DNA of 24,058 nucleotides from contig JBEKZX010000021.1 in assembly GCA_049509455.1 (NCBI GenBank), positions 1 through 24,058 on the forward strand, read 5' to 3'. Made by a program: the position numbers and the translations under genes. Shown here one piece after another: positions 1-8,177 of the stretch. This DNA comes from Conexivisphaerales archaeon. GTDB lineage: Archaea; Thermoproteota; Nitrososphaeria; Conexivisphaerales; DTJL01. Position 1 is the first letter of the stretch, and each line of letters opens with the position of its first letter. The notes under the pieces were generated by a model that was not told the origin of the DNA, ran no database searches, and worked only from the letters and a program-made list of their open reading frames with translations.

Positions 1-1
1 C

Positions 2-649
2 ATCCGGAACATGGGGACCATCGCAGGGAACATCTGCGATGACACATGGTGCTGGTACTACAGGGGCACCGACAACGTATACAACTGCATCAGGAAGGGA
101 GGGGCCATCTGCTTCGCCGTGGCCGGCGACAACAGGTTCTACCACTCGATCTTCGGCGGGCCGAAGGGCTGCAACTGCGTGGCGCCGTCGGACACGGCCA
201 TCGCGCTCTCCGCGCTCAACGCGTCGGTGGTGACGACCTCGCGGACGCTGCCCATGGACGCCTTCTTCTACAACCTGGCTCCGGGCAACAACCTCGCGCA
301 GGGCGAGCTCATCACGGAGATAGACGTCCCCACCCCCCCGGAGGGGTCGAAGTCTGCCTTCGTGAAGGTAGCCATCCGGAACGCCATCGACTTCTCCCTG
401 GCCAGCGCTGGAGTGTGGTATACCCCCAGCAGCCAGGCGGTGACGAGCTGCAGGATCTACCTGGGCGGCGTCTTCCAGACGCCCATCCGCGCGACGGCGG
501 CGGAGACCGCCCTCACGGGGCAGACCATCAGCGCTGCAACCGCCGCGACAGTGGGACAGGCCGCAGTGTCGACAGCGACGCCCATGACCCTGAACGCATA
601 CAAGAAGAACATGACCGCAGCGGCCGTATCAAGAGCCTTACTAGCTTAG
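2..649 (+). CDS. FAD-binding subunit of a xanthine dehydrogenase/aldehyde oxidoreductase family molybdoenzyme, PaoB/YagS/HcrB type with a 4Fe-4S insert; 5'-partial
   Basis: The frame is open from base 2 (IRNMGTIAGN, matching the family IRNxAT(I/L)GGN motif). It has a Cys-rich insert CWYYR..C.RKGG..C.A..G.NR...C..V.PSD and a C-terminal CO_deh_flav_C-like segment (AIRNAIDF...CRIYLGGV...PIRATAAE). Confidence 0.9.
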   Translation: MRNMGTIAGNICDDTWCWYYRGTDNVYNCIRKGGAICFAVAGDNRFYHSIFGGPKGCNCVAPSDTAIALSALNASVVTTSRTLPMDAFFYNLAPGNNLAQGELITEIDVPTPPEGSKSAFVKVAIRNAIDFSLASAGVWYTPSSQAVTSCRIYLGGVFQTPIRATAAETALTGQTISAATAATVGQAAVSTATPMTLNAYKKNMTAAAVSRALLA

Positions 650-663
650 TTAGAACTCACGAA

Positions 664-706
664 GGGGGAGGCGCATCAGCGCCTCCCTCGAAACCTTTTT
701 TCTTTT
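664..706 (+). terminator. Hairpin plus T-tract terminator downstream of the FAD-subunit gene
   Basis: Perfect 9-bp stem GGGAGGCGC (666-674), loop ATCA, GCGCCTCCC (679-687), followed by TTTTTTCTTTT (696-706), shortly after the stop codon. Confidence 0.75.
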
Positions 707-1267
707 CAATCCGTCTCCCGACAGCGAGAGCCACGCAGGCCCTCAGATTGATTTCGATGGCCAGACGGACATGAGCCTGGGCCGTGACAATTTCCTGCGC
801 CGACCAGCACCGCGAGGCCTCCCGCTAGGTTAAAATCCGATAGACAAAGCACGAGAGGTCCTAATCAGGCAACTTCATTTTTGAAGAAGCAGGAGTCTGC
901 GCGAGGATGATGCCGGCCTCAGAACCGTGGATCACCCTTCGAAGTGACCATCTCGACTTCGACGTCCTCAAAGTGAAACGCGACCTCGGCCCTCTAGATA
1001 CCGCAGCCGACCAGCCTAAACCCCAGCCCATTTAACGCACCGTGGGCGCGCGTGTGACTGGCCACGCATGGTCAGACGCGATCGGCCGCCTGGACGCGCG
1101 TTCCTAGCTTGACTACGGTCAAAGCACAAAATTGGCATGTCCTAGGCACAGCTTGAGCAAGATCGACCGACTAGCAGAAGAAGAGACGCTTCCCGGGAGC
1201 CAACTTCCCTTCACTGACGGCACGAACCAGCTCAAGAGGGTGCTGTTGCGACGGACGAGGGCTCCAT

Positions 1268-2590
1268 CTAACGGTCGATCAGGGAGCGCACGACGATGCG
1301 TTTGCCCGCTGGAGCCCGGGGGATCCTATCCACGTCCTCCCATATTATCAAACAGTCGGAGCCCATCAGACGATGGAACTCGCCCTCCACGTGGGCTCTC
1401 CAACTCTCCTCGACCTGCTTCGCCGCCAGCAGGATTCGGATGCGTCTCTAGTCCTCCTGGATTATCTGGAAGCCTTCAATCGATTCGACCGAGAACAGAG
1501 GCGTGAAGTAGGATCCCAGGACCAGGGTTCCGTCTTCCCTGCGAAGGTAGTCGATGGTCCGGCCCATCACCTTCCCTATCGTGGGAAGAACGGAGCCGCA
1601 CGAGCACCCGGACCCTCTGGAGGCCGCTGTGTCTCCGATGGCGTACCTGATGAGGGGCATGGCATAGTTGTGAAGGGGCGTGATGACCACTTCTCTCGCG
1701 TCACCCAAGCCACCCCTCTCCAGCAGTTCAACGTGTGTTTCGAAGGAGAAGAGGTGCATTGACCCTGAGCCGCACTCGCCCGCGATGGCACCAGCTTCGA
1801 CGGCGCCGTAGAAGTCATAGACCCTGCAGCCGAAGACCGCCTCTATCTTCTCCCTGAAGTCTTCGTCAAGGACGCTCCCCGCAGTGATTATGGCTTTGGG
1901 GGAACGGACCTCTAAGCCCTTCCTTTCTACGAGCTTGGCGAGTTCGTAGAGGGCCTCAGAGAACGCGTGTACAATATCAGGGCGGAAGGAGTTCCACCTG
2001 TTCAGGTGGCCCATCATCGCCGATTCCGTGAGGATCATCTGGCTGAGGAAGACGGAGTTCGTGAACATCTCGCTTGACCTGCGCTTTGCACCTCTAGGCG
2101 AGATCCGCCGGGGATTCCCAAAGAAGAGCTTCCTCGACTTGAAGTAGTCCAAGCCGACCATCTCTTCGCAATGGTAGATGGAGGTGGCGATCCTCCAGCC
2201 GTCGTAGAACCTGTCCTTCAGGACCTCCAAGGGTTCCCCCGACGAGCCCCCCGTCGAATCAACGTAGGACCTTCTCCCCCTGATGTCCGCGGACGTCATC
2301 CTCGTGGAATTGGCCCGGATCGCGCCCTTTGTGAGAATGGGCAGGGAAGGGTACCTGGAAGGGTCGACCTCCCCATCACCGACCACTCCCATCTCCAAGA
2401 AGAGGTCATGGTAGTAAGGGACGTTTAGAAAGGCGTGAGACAGGAGGCGCCTCAGGGAGTCCGCGTTGGCGGCGACCAGGAGACTTTCTGCCTGGGTCAC
2501 GCTCCTGATGGCGTCGAGAGGCGCCTTGTAGTTCACTCCCGCGGCCCTCTGAGCCATTCCATAGAGGGAGGCTCTGAAATCCGAGCCCAC
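1268..2590 (-). pseudogene. Phenylacetate-CoA ligase/CapK-like adenylate-forming protein, copy 1, interrupted by an in-frame TAG at 1448-1450
   Basis: ANL motifs STGGSSGEP, YGAVE, RYAIGD, GR. The ORF stops at IQED*, but the same frame continues RRIRILLAAKQVEESWRAHVEGEFHRLMGSDCLIIWEDVDRIPRAPAGKRIVVRSLIDR* to TAG at 1268-1270. This matches the C-terminus of the adjacent paralogue. Confidence 0.85.
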
Positions 2591-2591
2591 T

Positions 2592-3914
2592 TCACTCTCG
2601 ATGCACGAGGGACTTCACGATGGAGCGCTTCCCGTACTTGGTCCTGGGAACATCGTCCACCACCTCCCAGATGATTCTGCAATCGGTCCCCATGGCCAGC
2701 CTCACTTGGCTCTCCACCTGCTTCCGCCAACCCTCGTCCACCGAAGCCGTCTTGACCATGATCCTTATCGTGCCGAAATCCTCCTGGATCACCTGAAAGG
2801 CCTCCAGGGCCGTGTTGGACCTCAGTATCGCCACGAAGTACAACCCGTTGACCAGCCCTCCGTCTCCTCTCACGAAGTAGTCCAGAGTCCTTCCACTCAC
2901 CCTGCCGAGCGTCGGCAGGGGGGAGCCGCAACTGCAGGAGTACGGCGCGGGATGCACGACGTCCCCTAGCTTGTATCTGATAAGGGGCATGGTCAGATTG
3001 TGCAGTGGGGTTACGACGACCTCTCCCTCTTCAACGAGGCCGTTGTCCTTCAGTATCTCGACGTGATTGTGGAATGTGAACGTGTGCAGGCGGCCCGAGC
3101 TGCACTCCCCCGCGATGGCCGGAGCCTCGACGGCGCCGTAGAGGTCGTACGCCTTGGCCCCGAAGGCGGACTCGATCTCCTTCCGCATGTAACCCTCCAG
3201 CGCCTCGCCGGAGCTGACTATGGCCCTCGGCCTGTGGACCCTCTTCCCCCTCCTTTCGATGAACCTGCTCACCTCGTAAAGCACTGAAGGGAAGCTTATC
3301 ACGAGGTCCGGCCGGTAGCTGTTCAAGGCCCCCACATGGGCCTCGAGGGTGGACTCGGAGAGCCTCAGCCCGTCGGCATGAACGCCGTTGGTGAGCCAGT
3401 CCGCGAGCGCCCGCTTGGGTCCCCTGGGGAAGTACCTGAAGGGGTTGCCGAGGAAGAACTTCCTGGCCCTGAGATAGTCGATGCCCAGCATCTCCGTGTA
3501 GTAGTACCTCAGGGTGGCTATGGTCCAGCTGTCGTGGACGCTGTCCTTGAGGATGTGAACAGGTTCTCCTGTGGAGCCTCCGGTGACATCCCAGAAGGTC
3601 CTCCTCGAACGGAAGTCCTTGGAGATGAGCTGGTCCAAGATGCTCCTGATGGTCTTTCTCGTCAAGGGGGGCAGGGCCCCGAAGTTCGACATGTGCAGGC
3701 TTTCACCGGTTACCAGGCCGCATTCCCTGAACGGCTCCCCGTAGTAGGGGACGTATCTGTACGCGTGCTGCAGAAGTTCTCGTAGGAACCTCTCCTCCCC
3801 TGCCTTAAGCGCACTCCCATCCTCGGTTAGGCCCTTGATCACGCCACTGGGTGCAGAGTAATTCCTACCACTGGCTCTCTGGACGAGAAGGTACGCAGCT
3901 TCCCTCAACGCCAA
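2592..3914 (-). CDS. Phenylacetate-CoA ligase/CapK-like adenylate-forming protein, copy 2 (intact, 440 aa)
   Basis: VTGGSTGEP, YGAVE, RYKLGD, SGRTLD and C-terminal PRTKYGK motifs. TTG start preceded by GAGGGG; 1 bp gap to copy 1. Confidence 0.9.
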   Translation of the reverse strand: MALREAAYLLVQRASGRNYSAPSGVIKGLTEDGSALKAGEERFLRELLQHAYRYVPYYGEPFRECGLVTGESLHMSNFGALPPLTRKTIRSILDQLISKDFRSRRTFWDVTGGSTGEPVHILKDSVHDSWTIATLRYYYTEMLGIDYLRARKFFLGNPFRYFPRGPKRALADWLTNGVHADGLRLSESTLEAHVGALNSYRPDLVISFPSVLYEVSRFIERRGKRVHRPRAIVSSGEALEGYMRKEIESAFGAKAYDLYGAVEAPAIAGECSSGRLHTFTFHNHVEILKDNGLVEEGEVVVTPLHNLTMPLIRYKLGDVVHPAPYSCSCGSPLPTLGRVSGRTLDYFVRGDGGLVNGLYFVAILRSNTALEAFQVIQEDFGTIRIMVKTASVDEGWRKQVESQVRLAMGTDCRIIWEVVDDVPRTKYGKRSIVKSLVHRE

Positions 3915-3979
3915 GTCAGCCCCTCACCGCGCATTCCGTGGCAGTCAGGCGTGCGGGTGGTAGCATTGGTCCCTGCATT

Positions 3980-5659
3980 TCAAGGGGAAGGGGTCCGGCT
4001 ATAAGCCTGTCTCCCTGTCGGTTCTGTGTCGTCTGCGGTGAGGATTACCGGAGTAATTGCCTTCGGCTTCCTCACCGCTACAAGCGCCGCCAGCGCGAGT
4101 GCCGTGATCGGCAGCAGACCCCAGACATATGAAGTTTCGTCTTTCACGACCATCGTCTCCTTGAATCCTTCTTCATAGCCCCCTCTGGTCCAGACCGACA
4201 CAGGTAGGGCGCCTGCGACTTCCTGGACCTCGGTGAACCCGTTGGCGATCAGGTACGGCTCATACACGTTGTCCCCCAGCACCACCCATCGGATGCCATA
4301 GTTCCCCTTGAGGACTTCGCCCACGAGCTCGAAGCCACCGGGAAAGAACTTGGCGGAGTCGATCGTCTCAACTCCGCTTTCTGCCAGCAAGGGTATCCGC
4401 CGGGCAGTGTTGTAGCCCCCGTCCAGGGTCGGCTTCGAAGTCATGACGGAGAGGGTTCGAGACCATGTGCCCAGGCCGAGGGTGATGTAGAAGCCATCCC
4501 CGGTCTGGGCGTTAAGGTATGAGGATATCCCCTGCAGGTTGGGAGGAGGCGGCTGGGAGGACACCGTGGCTGTCAAGACCAACACCAGGAGACTTGCAAC
4601 GACGAATGAAAGGAGAACGGAATGTTTCAAAATCTTGGCCCGACGACCGAAATCCCGCAACAGGCCGTGTTCCAAGTAATACGCGAGAGGGATGGTCAGG
4701 AGAAGACAGGCCCAAAGGGAGAATTTCTCAAACGTAAGGATGTCGTAGACGTAGCTGCCCAGCAGCAGCCTGGGGATGGGCGTGGTGCCACCCAATCCAA
4801 ACACCAAGTAGGCTGCGGTCAAGGCTGCCATCGTCCGCTTCCTCTCCTGCAGGAGCACCATGAAAGATATCGGCGCCAGAACAATGACAGGTCCGTAAAT
4901 ACTCCAGAAGAAGGCGCCAGATGAAGGGCCGACCAGGACGTCGCCCCGTGTGGGATGAGGGATCGTGGCTTGGGACGGCGTAGTCATTACGAAGTTGATG
5001 ATCTGAATCAATATGGGCGCTGATATGGCGGCGACGATGACCCCCCAGGTCACGATCCTACGGAGGGAGCGAAGACCATGTGCCCTCGAGAGCGCCACCA
5101 CCAGTATGAGCGGCACGAGCAACGCACAGACCAGGAAATGCGTGAAGAAGGAAAGGGAGGCCAACAGAGCTGAAAGAGCCAGTAGTCTCCAACCACCCTT
5201 CTCCACGTACAAGGAAAGATAGGCAGCCGCCGCCACTCCGAAGGCAGTAGCGAGAAGAGCAGGCAGCTGTCCGAAGCTGTACATGAACAGGTAGAGGCCA
5301 GGAACGAAGGCCAGGAGCCATGGCAGGACCGCCGAGCGCAGGCCCAGGGTGGAAGCAAGCTTCTGGAACGACCAGATCAGGAAGACGAGGGCCACGATCA
5401 AGAGGATGCCAAAGGACAGGTCAAGGCCCGAGATGTAGCTCAGCAGCGCCATGAGCTGTTGGGAGAGGGGGCTGTAGCCGGCGACGGAGAAGCCTCCGTA
5501 CCACCTGGTGTCCCAGAGGCTGAACCATTCTGTCCTGTAGTGACTGGCGAAGAAGATGTGCGTCGAAGCATCGTAGCTGAAATCGTAGAGCCGATCGGCC
5601 ACCAAGACGCCGTTGAAGGCTGTGGCCACTGCGTACGGTGCGAGGCTACTGAACTTCAA
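3980..5659 (-). CDS. Polytopic membrane protein, probable GT-C-fold glycosyltransferase (PTPS-related/YfhO/ArnT-like)
   Basis: About 11-13 hydrophobic segments. The first outer loop YDASTHIFF...W..RWYGGFSVAGYSPL has a conserved-looking Asp. A soluble C-terminal domain is followed by a final TM. The start overlaps the upstream GT4 stop by 14 bp. Confidence 0.7.
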   Translation of the reverse strand: MKFSSLAPYAVATAFNGVLVADRLYDFSYDASTHIFFASHYRTEWFSLWDTRWYGGFSVAGYSPLSQQLMALLSYISGLDLSFGILLIVALVFLIWSFQKLASTLGLRSAVLPWLLAFVPGLYLFMYSFGQLPALLATAFGVAAAAYLSLYVEKGGWRLLALSALLASLSFFTHFLVCALLVPLILVVALSRAHGLRSLRRIVTWGVIVAAISAPILIQIINFVMTTPSQATIPHPTRGDVLVGPSSGAFFWSIYGPVIVLAPISFMVLLQERKRTMAALTAAYLVFGLGGTTPIPRLLLGSYVYDILTFEKFSLWACLLLTIPLAYYLEHGLLRDFGRRAKILKHSVLLSFVVASLLVLVLTATVSSQPPPPNLQGISSYLNAQTGDGFYITLGLGTWSRTLSVMTSKPTLDGGYNTARRIPLLAESGVETIDSAKFFPGGFELVGEVLKGNYGIRWVVLGDNVYEPYLIANGFTEVQEVAGALPVSVWTRGGYEEGFKETMVVKDETSYVWGLLPITALALAALVAVRKPKAITPVILTADDTEPTGRQAYSRTPSP

Positions 5660-6794
5660 GGCACTTTATCAGGCCATAGAAGACGGATGATACGGCGCTC
5701 CAGCTCCTGCTCGAACTGAAGCCCATGTTCTTCTCGGACATCTCGGTCCAGAATTGGCCGTCCTCCTTGAGGCGATCCAGCGCCTGCGCCATTCCCTCCG
5801 CATCCCTAACCAGTAGGAGGCCGGCTCCTTCAGCTACGTTCTGACGCATCTCCGGCAAGTCTGTTCCAACGGCGGGGATTCCCGCCGAGCTGACCAGGTG
5901 CAGGACACCGCTTGTCCCTGTCGCGGTCGCATAGGGAAGCGCCACGGCATAGCATTCCTCGAAGACCTTCGGCAGCTCCTCTTCGGACAGGTAACCCAGA
6001 TACTCAACCCCATCCATATTGTCAAACACCTTGAGCTGGTCCAACGCCTTGGGGAAATTGGGATGAGGGGATGTGACGAGTTTCAGTTTCAGGTCTGGGT
6101 GCCTTTGCTTGACGGTGGCATATGCACGCGCTAACATATTCATGTCTTTGCTAGGCGACATGTACCCAAGGAAGAGTATGGAATCGCGATCATGGCCAGC
6201 CGCTCTGGGGTCCCCCATGTTCTCCCATGCTCCATGTGGAACGTAGTGTGTCTCTTTGCCAAAACGCGCTTCGATCATCTTCTTGTACATGGGTAGCAAC
6301 ACCACCACGGTATCGCAGCCAACTATGAACTTCTCAGCCAAGAGAAGGCCCAAGCGATTCAGAAGACTGGGCTTCAGGCCGAAGATGTTCGTGTCCACGA
6401 CCTCAGGGAGATTATGAAGAATCACCATGGACTTGAAATGGAACAGCTTCTCAATCTTGGTGACTAGGAAGACGAGAAGGAAACCAAAGAAATTGGTCAC
6501 CTTCCCTCTGCCGAAAAGTGCGAAAGTGAGGTTCATCAGGACCACTCTCGGCCTGCTTGATGTAATCTGTCGAAGCGCCCCAAGAAAGGACAAGGGATTG
6601 TTGGGAGTCCACGCCTTCGATATCTCAAGACGAGCAGCTTTCGGCGCTCGATCGGGGGGCATATCAGAGAGTACCTTAACCCTGAGTCCCTTGCTCGCAA
6701 GACCTTCGGCGAGCATGTGACCGTATTCACTAAGCCTACCCTTGTTCGGTGGATAGGCGGAGACGGCTAGGACGTCCGTGCGGTCCCCTGTCAT
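5646..6794 (-). CDS. GT4-family (GT-B fold) glycosyltransferase, paralogue a
   Basis: N-terminal SAYPPNKGRLSEY; ILFLGYMSPSKD; LPY...GTSGVLHL...AG.P.V.TD donor-binding region. Purine-rich RBS AGGGGAAGG before the ATG. Confidence 0.9.
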   Translation of the reverse strand: MTGDRTDVLAVSAYPPNKGRLSEYGHMLAEGLASKGLRVKVLSDMPPDRAPKAARLEISKAWTPNNPLSFLGALRQITSSRPRVVLMNLTFALFGRGKVTNFFGFLLVFLVTKIEKLFHFKSMVILHNLPEVVDTNIFGLKPSLLNRLGLLLAEKFIVGCDTVVVLLPMYKKMIEARFGKETHYVPHGAWENMGDPRAAGHDRDSILFLGYMSPSKDMNMLARAYATVKQRHPDLKLKLVTSPHPNFPKALDQLKVFDNMDGVEYLGYLSEEELPKVFEECYAVALPYATATGTSGVLHLVSSAGIPAVGTDLPEMRQNVAEGAGLLLVRDAEGMAQALDRLKEDGQFWTEMSEKNMGFSSSRSWSAVSSVFYGLIKCLEVQ

Positions 6795-6824
6795 CGCCTT
6801 CCCCTCAGAACCTCGGAAAACTGC

Positions 6825-6840
6825 AAATATAAGCTTCCGC
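6825..6840 (-). promoter_or_regulatory. Putative archaeal BRE/TATA promoter for the GT4a operon
   Basis: The minus strand reads GCGGAAG-CTTATATTT about 31-39 nt upstream of the ATG at 6794. Confidence 0.5.
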
Positions 6841-6940
6841 GTGATACAATACTCCGCCGTCTTATCTACTTAATGCAACCACGAAGATGCTAGGCGACTG
6901 GATTCTTACAACGAGAAGGCTACAGACCGTCGTCCTTGGT

Positions 6941-7160
6941 TCATGCGAACGGGCTCCAGCGGGCGAATTTCCCTGCGGAATCAATAGTCTCAAGGGCGGA
7001 GCCATGGGTAGACGAGGGCGACGTTCATGAGGTCCAAGGGGTTGGGGGAGTTGAGCATCCTAGCTAGATCCAGGGCCTCTTCCTACACGACCGTTCCGCC
7101 GTCCACCTTGACCATGCTCTCCTTCTCAATAGTGAAGGTGTGCCCCTTGACTGCCAGGGG
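6941..7160 (-). pseudogene. Probable degraded PIN-domain (VapC-like) gene remnant
   Basis: The minus strand reads KESMVKVDGGTVV*EEALDLARMLNSPNPLDLMNVAL and, after a frameshift, HGSALETIDSAGKFAR. This resembles PIN C-terminal motifs (EEA..LA, DxxxxAxA, HGxxLxTxDxxFxR). The N-terminal DT motif was not found. Confidence 0.35.
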
Positions 7161-7236
7161 AGCGCGAGGTCCCCTCCCCCTGCAAGCCCGGAACTGCCCT
7201 TCACTCACAGGCCTTAGGGGGATAATGGCACTAGGG

Positions 7237-7320
7237 GTTAGGAAGGTGTTAGGACGGCGTTAGGAGGGGTGTTCGGGTCGTGTTAGAGGAGCGTTCGGTC
7301 GCCGTTAGGGGGGTGCGTTT
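7237..7320. repeat. Seven imperfect direct repeats of GTT(A/C)G(G/A) at an 11-bp period
   Basis: GTT starts at 7237, 7248, 7259, 7271, 7282, 7293 and 7304 (spacings 11, 11, 12, 11, 11, 11). Confidence 0.8.
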
Positions 7321-7446
7321 TGCACCACTTTTCCCCACTATGGGCGCTGATGTGAGCTTCTGGAAGGCTCAAATCAGGCTAAGTTCGGAGTGCAGAACCG
7401 TGCTCTTGGTAACCTCTGGGCGGCCTGGCAGGCTATTTCTGGGCTA

Positions 7447-7480
7447 AAACGCTCCCCCCTTAACACCCCCCTAACAGGCC
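7447..7480. repeat. Inverted copies of the same box
   Basis: ACCCCCCTAAC (7465-7475) is the exact reverse complement of GTTAGGGGGGT (7304-7314). AAACGCTCCCCCCTTAAC (7447-7464) nearly mirrors GTTAGGGGGGTGCGTTT (7304-7320). Confidence 0.7.
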
Positions 7481-8177
7481 ATCCTGGGGCCAGAAGGATC
7501 ATGGGGGCAGACGGCTAGATAATCGCCGCGACGGCAAGGAGTAACGAGAGGTCGTCCACTTGGCCTTGGTGCCAGCCATCTCGCTGGCGGTGCAGCCTTC
7601 TGCAGGGGGTGTTCGCCTGTTCACCCTCCGGGGAGGGGTCGCCTTCCTCCTCCTTGGAATCCCTCTGATGGCATTGAGCGGGGCGGTGAGGAGACAGGAT
7701 ATGATTGCACTCGACGGCTACTTGAGGAGCGTGGGGGCCGTCTCTCCCCTGTTCTGGATAGTGCTGTGATACCATGAAGTCTTCAACAAGGATCAGAGTT
7801 GATGGGAATTACCTTGGCCCTGTGAGAGGGACCTGCGTGCGTATCTGGTGGGGTGTTCAGGCGTATCTTCTCCTTCCCGACTAGTCGACGACGGAAGAAG
7901 GAAACCTGGCAGGGTGAGTCTCCGGCGCGCCCCGTCTCCCTGAACGCCGACGGCACCACGACCGATTGACCTCTCCTCTGTTATGATGGGTTCGCTCCTG
8001 GAGGCACGGTGGCAAAGGCTAATGAGGGCCTTCGAGTGAATTGTCAGGACTGATGAGGATAGGAGTTCCCTAGGAACGCACTCCGAGATCATCAGAGTGG
8101 TCCCCATCGTCGACGGGTTGGTAACGAGGAGGGCCTCCGGAAACCCGTTGACGACTATGAGGGTAAAGGGTGTGATG

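Noticed and set aside
39-774. Alternative-frame ORFs 39-233 and 46-774
   Set aside because: They overlap the well-supported FAD-subunit gene, have Arg/Gly-rich shadow composition, and 46-774 runs through the terminator.
707-1267. 560-bp gap with weak minus-strand fragments (GNAT-like LGFRLVG...EDVEVEM; methyltransferase-like LELVRAVSEGKLAPGKR) and ORF 1132-1506
   Set aside because: The fragments are short, broken by stops and compatible with chance. The plus-strand ORF overlaps the hidden ligase C-terminus. No RNA gene fold was recognised.
1448-1450. Genome-wide TAG reassignment (pyrrolysine-type code)
   Set aside because: TAG ends many genes here at expected positions (647-649, 1268, 5646, 10685, 16223-16225, 17370, 21344, 22581), and GT4a TAG aligns with GT4b TAA.
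7216-7320. Telomere-like repeat, CRISPR array or strong G-quadruplex
   Set aside because: TTAGG units are not tandem. Units are 11 bp with no 25-40 bp repeat/spacer structure. Runs of 3 or more G are mostly separated by long loops.
7560-7769. 69-aa hydrophobic ORF on the plus strand
   Set aside because: It could be a membrane-protein fragment but has no recognisable family, RBS or promoter.
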